Below, one piece after another: positions 52,320-64,000 of a stretch of 64,000 nucleotides of DNA. Within the stretch, counting starts at the first letter, position 1, and the number at the start of each line of letters is the position of its first letter. A program made the position numbers and the translations under genes. The notes beneath the pieces were generated by a model. The model did not search any database. It had not been told where the DNA came from and worked only from the letters and a program-made list of their open reading frames with translations. The DNA comes from Octopus sinensis (lineage: Eukaryota). Where the stretch lies: the NCBI RefSeq assembly GCF_006345805.1, contig NC_043004.1, positions 52,576,001 to 52,640,000 on the forward strand. Reading direction: 5' to 3'.

Positions 52320-55300
52320 GTCATCTTCAGGATCGTGATCATCATGATTGTCATCATCATCATCGTCGTCGTCGTCCTCATTATCACCTTCATCATCATC
52401 AGCAGCAGCAGCATCATTATATCAGGGTAGGCTTCAAATTTGTGTAATTTGTTGAAATGAAATAATGAGTTTATGATTCGTTCGGGATTCCAATTTTCTG
52501 CTCTAACATAACACAAGAGTCTGCTTGGAAATGTTGATGAAGAAAATTCTGAAAATGAAATTAAATTCTTTTTTAATTATGTAAATTTTAATTAGTGTAG
52601 CGAAATATTACCGATGAAATGATTTTCTAAGCACACAATATGTTATAATTCGTGTAAAGTTAACATCAATAGCTTTTAGCATTTCCGTTTAAATATGAGT
52701 GCAGCTGCATTGAGAGCAACAGTAATATTATATACCTAAGGATACAATAGTTATATATTAGTTTGAAATTTTGGCATAGGAACAGCAATATCTAGTCCAG
52801 TATGTAACTGGTAGGTAGTTTATCGGCCTCGAAAGGATGAAATGCAAAATGGATTACGGTGGTATTTGAACTCAGAACATAATAATGGCCGAATTGCCGC
52901 AAAACATTCTGCCCGGCATGCTAACAATTCGGCCAGCTCGCTGCTTTATAACAGTCATATATTATAACATTACTTTCAAGAAATCTACAGCTTCATGAGT
53001 GAGAGGAATTTTCAAGTATGTATCCCCCAGTATTTAAAGGGTACTATATTGTACTGGCAATGTAGGGATGTATGTCAAAAATTACCTTGATGCTATTTGA
53101 ATTTAGAAAGAAAACAGTCGTAACCAAGTACGGCAAAGTATTTTGTCCGACCGTATAGGGAGTATATTACCACCAGTACAACACACTCAAGAACACACAC
53201 ACAGACGTAGACGGAGACACACGTAGGGGAGTGTGTATATGTGTGTGTGTGTGCGTATGCGTGTGTGCATGTGTGCGTTTGTGTATGTTTAAATAAGAGT
53301 GAAAGAAGATAAAAGAGATCATGGAGGAAGAGAAGAATGATGACGATGATGATCATGATGATAATAATAATGTGGAGGGGAGGCAGGAGGAGTAGAAGAA
53401 GGGTAAGTAGTGACTGCTAGGATCGTATACTATTCGCCAAACCCTGTCTCGAAAACGCGGTAACAAAAAATTTACACGCACAGAAAATGCACAGCGAAAA
53501 CGCTCGGTGGCTATATTTGTAAGCAGGTGTAGTTTGAAGGAGGCTAGAGAAAGATTATGTTCCTTTCCTTGATTATCTTCTTATGAGTGAGAATATTGCG
53601 ACCATCAAATATATTAATTTCTTACTCGATAACACCTGCCTTTTATAGAGTAATGATATACAGATTTGTCGAATATTTAACTATTCTAGGATTCAATGGA
53701 GACAGATCTTTTGATTTCGGTTAATAAGTTTCTAATTTTTGCTTGAAAACATTATCATAGATTCCCATATAGTAGTGGTTTGTCCTAATGCTTAAAGAAG
53801 GGTTCCCAAAGCGGGTTGGAGATTCAGGGGTCGTCGTTGATGAAAATCGGGGTGATAATGGGGTGGACAAAAGAGGACTATGGATGTAAAAGCAAGAAAA
53901 ATAATTGGTTAATTAAATTTTATTTGTCAAATACAGTCATTTTAAATTTGGGGAAGAAAGTGAGGTGGATGCCAGGAATGTGAACTGAATGACAAGTGGA
54001 TGCCATCCCCCAAAACCTTGGCAATCATTGGATTGAAGTAGCGCCATGAAAGTGGCATTGGTTTAAGTTGGTAGTGATTGTTTTATCTCAGTCAAGGCTC
54101 TAGTTTATTCCGCTAAAATACTTATCGTTTTTAGTTAATTTGGGGTAATCATATTGAAATACCGAATCCATCATTTGGATACAATCAAGAGATGTCTAGT
54201 GAGATGCACTTTGTACATATTTTCATAATGTAAACAATGAAATAAGCAAAAAAAAACGGATTTTGCTTTAAAAAACCCCATGATTTCCATTCAAGCATCG
54301 CAAAATGCACCACCTCCATTTAGAACCTCTCAGAGCCATCGTGGAATAAAAAGTATCCGTTAACATTCTTCATAATTGAAACATCGAATACGTTCTTCTT
54401 TGTAACAGGCTTCTCGAACTCCGGGATATTGAAGAAAAGATTAATATAGAAAATGAATTATTCATGGTATTACACAGGTTCTGCCTGTAGAAAATCTGAT
54501 TTCAATGTAATGTACTCACATTGGTAAATCCAGCAAAGAATACTATGGCAGGATCGATGGCGTCGAGTGAAGGCACATATAAATTTAGAGAGATTAAACA
54601 TCCGGTGTTTAGGGGCGAAAATGGAACTGGCCTGATGACCATTAAAGGTGTAATGAAGTAGCCAAATATAGGAGAACCACGCATTTATCACCATGTCAAA
54701 GAGTGATACGTATATTTCGTTTTGGGTTTATATCGTACATGTGCTTATGTATATACGTATGTATGCAAGTACATGTCGAAAGGCACATATATTCATATGT
54801 ACTTTAATACATCATTGTGTACTTCTGTGAGTGTGGGAGGGGGCAGAGAGGTATATAGTTATCAGGAACATAAGTGTTTATGTTTGAGTGATGGTATTTA
54901 TGTACAGCGTTTTGGCTACGTGTGTATAAAACACTAATGGAAGTGAAGATTTCATGCGATGAGAATATTACTCCATGCTATGTTTCTCAGATGAAAAAAT
55001 AACTCAGTAACACAATTCCACACTGGTTCCATTTTCATAAAGAATACTTCTTAAACAAACCAAAACGTAAAACAATTACGCCATTGGTTCATTGCTTGTC
55101 TTCATTTGTATGTGACATTCAAACACTTTCTTTTATTTATAATACGAATATTATAAATATACATACATACGTACACACACACATATGCATATATAAGTAT
55201 ATACACCTAAGGGCTTGTGCATAGTTATTAATTTATACGTTCACGCATCTTTCTACACAAAAAAAAAACAGATACACGCACACAGACACAGTCGCACACC

Positions 55301-55341
55301 CGTTTATGTACACGTAGATGCAAATACTTTCATGTATATAC

Positions 55342-55386
<45 letters not shown>

Positions 55387-56665
55387 CATGTATGAATATA
55401 TGTGTATGTATACATGCATAATGTAATTGTTTAAATTTCTCCAAGTTCGCAAATTGGCGATCTCCCTTCTGCGAAATACAATTTACTTTTCTATTGCATT
55501 TTTTTGCTCTACTTCAAATCTACTATTTTTATGTTTACATGTTTGCGGCGCTATTAACTTATCACCTTTGTTGTTGCTGAAAGAAAAAGAGAAGCGCTCT
55601 GAATAGTTGCATCATTATTTTAGAAGAAAATGGAAAAATATCATAAATGTAATAATGCACAATAACCAATATATACTGAAAGAAACAGAAAATAAGATTT
55701 CATAACAAAATTCACTGCTTTGGTTGTTGAGAACTAAAGAGACTTCAGAACGAGGTTCGCAGAATATTGAAAATGAATTTCCACAAAGAATTTCTTTCTT
55801 TTATGAGTAGTAACTAGAAGCTATATACTTCTATCCGTTTAATCATCGATAAAGTATAGTGTCTATTTATATTATTTTTTTTCGCACATCTTGTTATGAA
55901 AGGTGTGTAATTTAAATCTATATTATAATTTTATAGAGAATTGTTCCTTGTAAGGCAACACAAAGCAAATATATAGGACATTTATATTACTATGTATTCC
56001 ACAACACAAATTGGTATACTTGTGTTTGTGTGTGTGTGTGTGTATTGACACAATTATATAGGCCAAATGTGGATGACCCTGAGGAGAACTGTACTTCATA
56101 ACGAAGAGATTCGTTTTCTAAGATATAGACAGATGTCATTGAGCAAACACTTAGATGTGCGGGGTACTGGAACCATGGTCTCCACATCTACCAGAGCAAG
56201 GGACATCGAGAATTTATTTAATGAAAAATAAAAACCACACCTGAATATGAGCACATAAAATTTTCATTGTGTAAGTATTTTAATTCATGAATACAAAACC
56301 AAATTTATACGTATTTTAATTCAGTATTTTCATTAATACAATTTATAACATCGTATGAATACTATCGCGCAAAAACAAGGTACTCACCAAAACGTGCGAT
56401 TACCTCCGCTGTCTCGAATAATAACTATCTCCAATTACTTCCCTTTAAACTTATCTGGATGCTGGTTGACTTACGAAAAAACCTTCATGCATACAATATA
56501 GACTAAAAGCTCCTGAAGATACCTCGGAATTGCAATGCTTTCACGAATTTTCCAGTCATGATTAACAAAACGCGAGACCGGTACACTATATAAATATTCT
56601 TATAAAATATATAACGAATAATATAAATTGTGTGCATTTTCCTTCTTTTCCTATATATATATATA

Positions 56666-56895
56666 TTTCTTTAGTACCCACAAAGGGGCTAAACACAGAG
56701 GGGACAAACAAGGACAGACAAACGGATTAAGTCGATTACATCGATCCCAGTGCGTAACTGGTACTTAATTTATCGACCCTGAAAGGATGAAAGGCAAAGT
56801 CGACCTCGGCGGAATTTGAACTCAGAACGTAGCGGCAGACAAAATACGGCTACGCATTTCACCCGGCGTGCTAACGTTTCTGCCAGCTCACCGCC
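56666..56895 (-). mobile_element. SINE family B, full-length copy
   Basis: Minus-strand head ggcggtgagctggcagaaacgttagc with B-box gagttcaaattcc; flanked by the duplicated target ttttcc(ta)n. Confidence 0.9.
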
Positions 56896-57433
56896 TTTTC
56901 CTATATATATATATATATATATATAAATATATATATATACATGCACACATGCATATATATATGTATATATATATATGCACACATGCATACAAACATACAT
57001 TACGTTTTCATCTGACGCGTGGTACACAGTGAACCTGTGCAGGCACTGTTTGGTTGATGGAGTAAGCGAATGTAGGGCACATAGATTTGATCACTGTATA
57101 GAAATCATTTACGTAGGTCATACGTCATTCTTGTTCATACGTAGTTTTCGACAGGAGTTTCCATCAGATATATGTATTGATATCTTGATTAAATATAATA
57201 ATTGAAGAGCAGAGTATTTCAAAGAATTTCTGCATCACATTAATGACTGTTCGGTAGAATACAATCCAAACTCAGGTTAACAATGCAGAAAATTCACTGA
57301 CGATCTGTAAGCGGAACACCAACCGTATGAACAGTTGAAAAATTTAACTTTTGCTACTGTCTATAGAAAAATCTTAAAAATAACTTTATATGCTGGTTGC
57401 ATAACCTGCAATACACGCACACACACATATATA

Positions 57434-58744
57434 TTGGCTTGTCCGGTAGGTTCGTACAGATTTATAGTAGCTTACCTTTAGACTTATTTTAGAACATGGT
57501 TGAGTCCATAAAATAGGATTCGACTACACTTCCATTTAGAGCACAGTTTAAGCTATATTTTCTTGGAAGAAGCTTTATGTTCCTATAACCTGTGTTAATT
57601 CTGTAACCCTTTAGAATGGAAGATAAGAAAGTTCATTTTCGGCACATGATGCTTTTCTTTTTCCGTAAAGGGAAAATTGCCTCACAAGCAACCAAAGAAA
57701 TATGCGCAGTTTACGGTGATGTTTATTTATCCGTAAGAACTGTACTGAAGTAGTTCGCAAGGTTCTGAGCTGGAGATTATAGCCTTATTGATAAAGAGCG
57801 AGCAGGCAACCCATCCACTATAGATGATGACCAAACCATCCACTACAGACGATGACCAAATCAAGTCATTAATTGAGAATAACCCACATTGCACAACCCG
57901 AGAATTGGCAGAGAGCCTCAACCTATCGAAATCCGTCGTTCATGAGCACCTGGTAAAGCTTGGGTACACAAATCACGACGACGTTTGGGTACCACATGAG
58001 TTGAGTGAGAAGAACCTTTTGAATCGCATTTCCATCTGTGAGTTGCTTTATAAACTGAATAAAAACGCGTCTGTTTTAAAGCAAATTGTAACAGGTTATG
58101 AGAAATGGATTATCTACCGAAATGTTCAGAGAAAGCGATCCTGGAGTAAGCGACGTGAGCCACCCTTATCCACCCCAAAAGCGGATCTTCACCCTAAAAA
58201 TGTCTTGCTTTGTGTCTGGTGGGATTGGAAAGGAATTCTGTACTATGAGCTTCTCCCAAGTAACCAGACAATTAATTCTGAGAATTATTGCACACAACAG
58301 GACGAGGTAAAAGCAGCAAATCAAGAGAAACGTCCAGAATTGGCCAACAGGAAGGGTGTTGATTTCCCACATGATAATGCAAAACCGCACCTTTATTTGG
58401 GAAGCAGACAAAAGTAGCTACAGCTTGTCTGGGATATGTTAGCCCACCCTCCATATTTATCAGATATTGCTCCTTCGGATTTCCACTTATTCAGGTCTCT
58501 GCCGAATAGTTTTAAAGGTAAAAATTACAATCCCTTGGATGACGGAAAAAGATACCTTGATGAATTCTTTGCCATGAAACCCCTGCAATTCTGGGAAGAG
58601 GGTATTTTGGAGTTAAAAAGATGGAGACGAAACGCATTGTGCAACAAAATGGTTCATATTTTGTTGATTAAAAATTTAATGGCAAGTATTTATTGGCGTG
58701 TTTCTTTCCTTTAAAAATCGGCACGAACTTTCCGGACAACCGAA
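57434..58744 (+). mobile_element. Full-length but defective mariner transposon
   Basis: Diverged ~30-bp TIRs (ttggcttgtccggtaggttcgtacagattt and the reverse complement ttcggttgtccggaaagttcgtgccgattt) with TA flanks. ATG at 57616 (MEDKKVHFRH), WVPHEL, TGYEKW (catalytic D to Y), HDNAKPH, HPPYLSDIAPSDFHLF. Stops and a 25-bp internal duplication near 57810-57860. Confidence 0.9.
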
Positions 58745-60969
58745 TATATATGTGTGTATGTATGTATGTGTATATAAATAAAACAGTGAGATTTAAAATG
58801 AGGGTTATATTATTCTATAACTTATTACGACCGCTTCAAGTACTTGAACTGTTCCCAGTTGTTCAGTCAAGGAATTAATGAAAACGTTAGCCCTCAACTA
58901 TTCTCGTCAGACCTTACAATTATTATGATGTTATCGTAGATTTTAAAATTTTCCAACAAACATACATGTGGAAGTTTAGTAATATGTAACTGACATCAAA
59001 TTATCTTCCTTAATTTATTAGATACTTGCCAAATTCACAGTTCGGTGAGGGGAAGTTGTCATTCAATGCAAAAGCTTGCTTGTCATTGCAAAACAGAGCA
59101 CAGAAATATTCCTGCGACAGAATGTATAGTTTGTTGAACTAATAAGTGGAAGGTTATTATTTTAAATGAACTAGAGAGAGAGATGGGTGTGTGAATATCC
59201 AACAGGATAAGTGTATATCATATCATATAACTCAATTATCCATCTCTATAGTTCATTAAAGAATTATTAGGTTTAATACGGTTAAAATGAATTGAATGAA
59301 TTATAATTTAATTTCAATGGAATTAAAATAGGTGTAATATTTATGGATGAAATTAAGTTTTAGACGTTAATTATGAAAAAATACTAAGTAAATTACATAG
59401 GATATATTTTAACAAGGAGGAGGAAGTATCCATAAAGAGAGTGTAGGTACTACTCTTTCTCAGGTAAGTTAATTATGCATGATTTTAATGCGAATATATT
59501 ACGAATGTTTAGTTAAATAGCTGAGAAGTGTAAATAGCAGATTAATAACTAGTTATGCCAATAAATTTGGGTTTACAAATGAGAATTTCCATAGCTTCCA
59601 CTGAACACAAATTGCATCACATATCCGCTGATCTATAGAAACAGAAATATCTATAATAATTTATTGTATACCATATATAAAATACGCATTGAAAGTATCT
59701 TGCATATTCTCTGCATGTTGTAGAGAATGCGTATTGTAGTCTATGTAGGCACCGGCTTATATTATGTGTATACTATATTAGATTTATATACAGTCTACAT
59801 GTAATGAACACTGTATACAGGTTAAATGCAAGTCCAGTGCCCTAGTTTTCCATAAATGTCAATGCGTATTTATGTAGAAAATTTTGACAGACATTTAATA
59901 TATACTATTTGTAGTGAAACATAGTGAATGTAGGGAAAATTTTCAGAATGCTGTGTTGTATATTTTAGGCGAATTGTAATGTATAAATTCAGTTCCTTAG
60001 TTTAATTTTCTGGGATAATCATATTTATTGCTCTTTTTTTCTGTTTAATATTCTCTATCTACAGAAATATTGGCGACATGTAACTATGCGCATTGGAAAC
60101 AATGTGAAGTTTTTACAAAACAGAAGACAATTATGTGTATATATGTCCCCAGTGTTCTGTAACTATATCTAGTTATTTGAATGTCAAATTTGTTTGAAAG
60201 TATGCATATACATGCTTATCTATATTTGTGTGTATTTGTATATGTGTGTATCTGTGTATATGGACGCGTGTATTTGTATGTGTATATATACATATTTATA
60301 TATAAATATACATATGTGTGTACATATATGTATGTACATGTGTATTTGTATGTATGTATGTATGTATGTATGTATGTATATATGTGTGTCTGTATGTGTA
60401 TGCATATGTTTATACAAGTATGCATACACACACATTCCAAGATAAGTTGTTTTTGCTTGAAAGATAAAAACTATTCTTTGTAGGAATCATATGCAAGCTA
60501 TAAGACTGGAGCTTTATCACATTAATATATGGTTAGAATGATATGGAAATTATCCAAAAGAAATCCAGGAATTTGTGAATATTATTTCCTATGTAAAAGA
60601 AATAATTCACTCATTCATGTATATAAAATATAGCCGTATATTATAAAACTGCGTTTACTGGTAGCATCCTACACATGTCCATAAGAGGGAGATGTTTTTG
60701 ATGTTGTCATTGCCGTGGATTTATTTATTTAGACAACGCATAATCTCGATCCAACTCCAAAAGGGTTATAAAGATGGGCTATCACAAACATTTTATTTTC
60801 AGTTCTACTGTATCATTGGTACAAGCAAGTTTGTGTGTTAAGACGTTTGCTTCTCTAGCATACGGTTTCCAGTCATTGCTGCTGAGTGACACCTTTGGAA
60901 TGCCATTTTCGAAGAGCGTCCAAAAGCTTGTAAGTAGATTTGGTACAGAGATCCAGAAAGAAGACCGTC

Positions 60970-61015
<46 letters not shown>

Positions 61016-61820
61016 AAGGTAGCTTGTTAGCAATTTTTCAAACCAAAGGCAAAAATATATACGTCACTAAAGCGACTGAGGGAGTTATTCAGTACCAGTA
61101 TTGCCAGAAATAAGTGTCAAAAAATAAAGATGGTGAATATAAGAGTTAATAAGATAGTGATTATTGTGGATATGAATTGCTTTATGTGCGTGTATGTGTG
61201 TGTGTGTGTGTGCTTACACATGTTGGTGTATGTGTCTATCTCTATGTGTCTGTGTGTGTATTCGTCTTTGAGGGTACCCATGACCACTTTTATCAGTAGT
61301 GCTGTTTTCTTAATGTCCTTCTAACATGACGGTTCGGCAAAGCAGACCGCTAGAATAAATATGAAATTGGAAAAAGAAAAACAAACATACGAGGGTCGAT
61401 TCTTTCAAATAAAAAAAACTTCAAGGTTTTGCCCCAGCATGGCTGTAGGTCAATGACTGAATCAAGTAAAGGGTAAAAGATGAAATATAAAAACCTCTTC
61501 ATTATCTTCAACTTTCTGTTTTAAGTAGATCAAGTCTCACAGAAATGAAATGCAGCTGTTACGTCTAGGATTTCAAATTACCACATAGTATAGTCTTTGT
61601 CCTCTGCTGTATTGTTAGACTCACAACAGTAAATAATTAAATATATTTTTGTGCAATTACTCTGGAATTTATGCGATGTGTAACGCGATTAAAACTTAGT
61701 TTTTAACGGTAATAATTGATAAATGTTCTTAAGTCGCCAATCGTTTATGTCGCTAACTTGATAATCTAGAACTTTAAAAAGCTGAAGTATTCTACCCAAA
61801 GTTCAATAAAGCTATATATC

Positions 61821-61915
<95 letters not shown>

Positions 61916-61934
61916 ACGCGCGTGTGTGTGTTGA

Positions 61935-62500
61935 ACGCCCATTACAGAACAGTACCAGAAATACGATCACATGGTTTCACCTCTTCCAACATAAAAAAAA
62001 AACGCACCTACTTCTTTCAAATTGATATAGCTAAGTATTATCCTTCTATATCAGCTATCCTCTTGAATAAAGCTTTGATCTTTGCCAGAAATTATGCCAA
62101 TATTTCCCCATCTTATATAAATATAATATTAGCTGCGGGAAAAAAACTTTGATACATTTGGGGAATAACAACTGGACACGAAGCGCATCTACAGTTTATT
62201 CTGACGTAAAAATGTGATCGTCCGATTCGGCCCAGGTTACAAATCTTGTAGGTCTGTTTCTTCTTTCGCAGATTAAAGAGCAATTCCCCAACATACTGTG
62301 TCGATTATATAGAGATGATGAACTATTTGCACTCTATGCTCGGTTGAACGAGCAAAAAGAAGCATTGCATAAATTCTGTAAAATTATTAATCTTAATCTC
62401 TTTTGAAGCTGATACTAAAGTGGTAATATTTTTAGGTCTTAATCTTAATCTGCAAACAAGTTTATATTGAACCTATCATAAACCTAATCAATCGTTGCAG
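61935..62500 (+). pseudogene. Penelope-like element RT remnant
   Basis: FFQIDIAKYYPSISAILLNKAL (FDI..FYPSI-like), DSAQVTNLVGLFLL, LYRDD, YHKPNQSLQY. Confidence 0.75.
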
Positions 62501-62571
<71 letters not shown>

Positions 62572-64000
62572 CTTCTCCAATCACCCAAAATTCCCGCTCA
62601 ATAGTGTACTTACAGGTATCACAATTAGAATGGAGAAGACAATCTACAGAGAAGTTTAGTCAAAATTTGAACGAACTATACACAAAACTACACTCAATTT
62701 TTACAAACTATTTTCAAAAAGAATCATCACCAAAATACAAAATACCAAAGCTATAACGAAAATATACCAATGTAAGCACACTAAATTAAAGACTGCATTA
62801 GCCATATTTGTTCCAAAAGCTTCAACCCTAGAAAATTTTCATTTGGGAACATGATAAAAAAATAACATTAATATATGAAAACAGGATGAACTCAAAACCA
62901 TTAATTCTGCCACGCAAACTACAAATGAAATCAATCCCAAAAGAGCCTGAAAAGCAAAGACAAATTAGGGAGTAATTAGAGCTAGAGAAAATGAAAATAG
63001 AAATTGAGTTACTTAAATTTCATCAAATAACGAACAAAAATATAAAACCATCGATGAAGAAATGCACACGCAATTCACTAAAAATGCTGATGAACAACAT
63101 TTGGAAAGTGTTAAAAAACTATGGGAAAACAGTTCTGAGTCGGAAGAAATAAATTCCCTTCAACGGTAGGAAAACTGATGATTGTTTCCGTAGTTACGAA
63201 ACTCAGTTTAAAAGAGACCACAATTCAGATAAACCCGTCCTGAAAAAATGTAGAGTAATTGCATCTTCAGAAATGAATAAACATCCTACTATATCAAACT
63301 ATAAATATTTCAAAGAACGAAACCGCACAAAACTAACTTCACACTTGGACGTAAACTGTTCTCAATCTAGGAATAGGGGAAATTTACAAATAAAAAATAC
63401 TAGAAGAAACCAAACTAGGATTACTATGTATAGGTTCTACGGGAAATTATATAAAAAGAAAGATTACTAATGATTAAAACAACTTTAGGGGTAGACAAAA
63501 GAGGCTAGCACCAATACAAGTAAGCTAAATTGGTCTATTCGATTGACAACAAATGATGTGGACTTTGCATCGAAGACATTTACCAGATTGTTACGCCAAA
63601 ATGCAAATTGATCAACATTCAATAAATTTGAATACATATGGTTAAAACAAACACTGTGTAAATAACAACTATGTACCGTACATCTATGCTGTAAATTAAG
63701 TAGCCTAAATATATATGCATGAAACTAACCTATCAAATAATGTATTTGAATGAATGATGGTATTTACTAGTAATTCATATAAATTTTACAAAATCTAAGT
63801 AAATAATAGTGTTAACCTAACTAAATAAACAAAAGTAAAGTTTAGGTACATAGCTAGAGTAATTTTATCCATAATAAGGGCATACAATTATGTTATGGTC
63901 ATGCTGAATTAGATAAATAGTAGGTACAAGCTTGTAATCCTAAATAGTCAGTACTTTTGGTCAAATGAGTGGCATTAGGGCGTAGTGCAATATGTTGTGG

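Noticed and set aside
56505-56582. CTGAAGA...AAAAC-gcga-GAC motif (similar weak ones near 57297 and 58904)
   Set aside because: Several core positions are mutated and the stems are unsupported.
63170-63215. CTGATGA...GAAAC-tca-GTT motif
   Set aside because: No stem I or stem II pairing; lies in decayed coding-like sequence.

Overview
AT-rich eukaryotic intergenic or intronic DNA, packed with microsatellites ((TA)n, (CA)n, (TATC)n, (AAT)n, (GAT)n, (CTT)n) and transposable elements. The SINE families and repeat landscape resemble octopod cephalopod genomes (inference from pattern recognition, not a database hit). No confident host gene is visible, and most ORF-track entries are translations of microsatellites. 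Recognisable elements: a near-intact DD34D mariner with TIRs and TA TSDs (3268-4560), a decayed second mariner, Tc1 and maT-like remnants, many R4/Dong-type non-LTR fragments nested in (AAT)n, a CR1 3' end, several Penelope-like element (PLE) RT/GIY-YIG remnants and three tRNA-derived SINE families. The most notable signal is a set of minimal type I hammerhead ribozyme (HHR) motifs, folded by hand, in at least five unrelated small non-coding elements mostly at (TA)n. These include a ~557-bp head-to-tail array with one HHR per monomer and an inverted cap (retrozyme or non-autonomous PLE-like, 22337-24014), a fold-back element with one intact and one mutated HHR, and a U3-A8 core-variant HHR. 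Ribozyme activity is predicted, not demonstrated.
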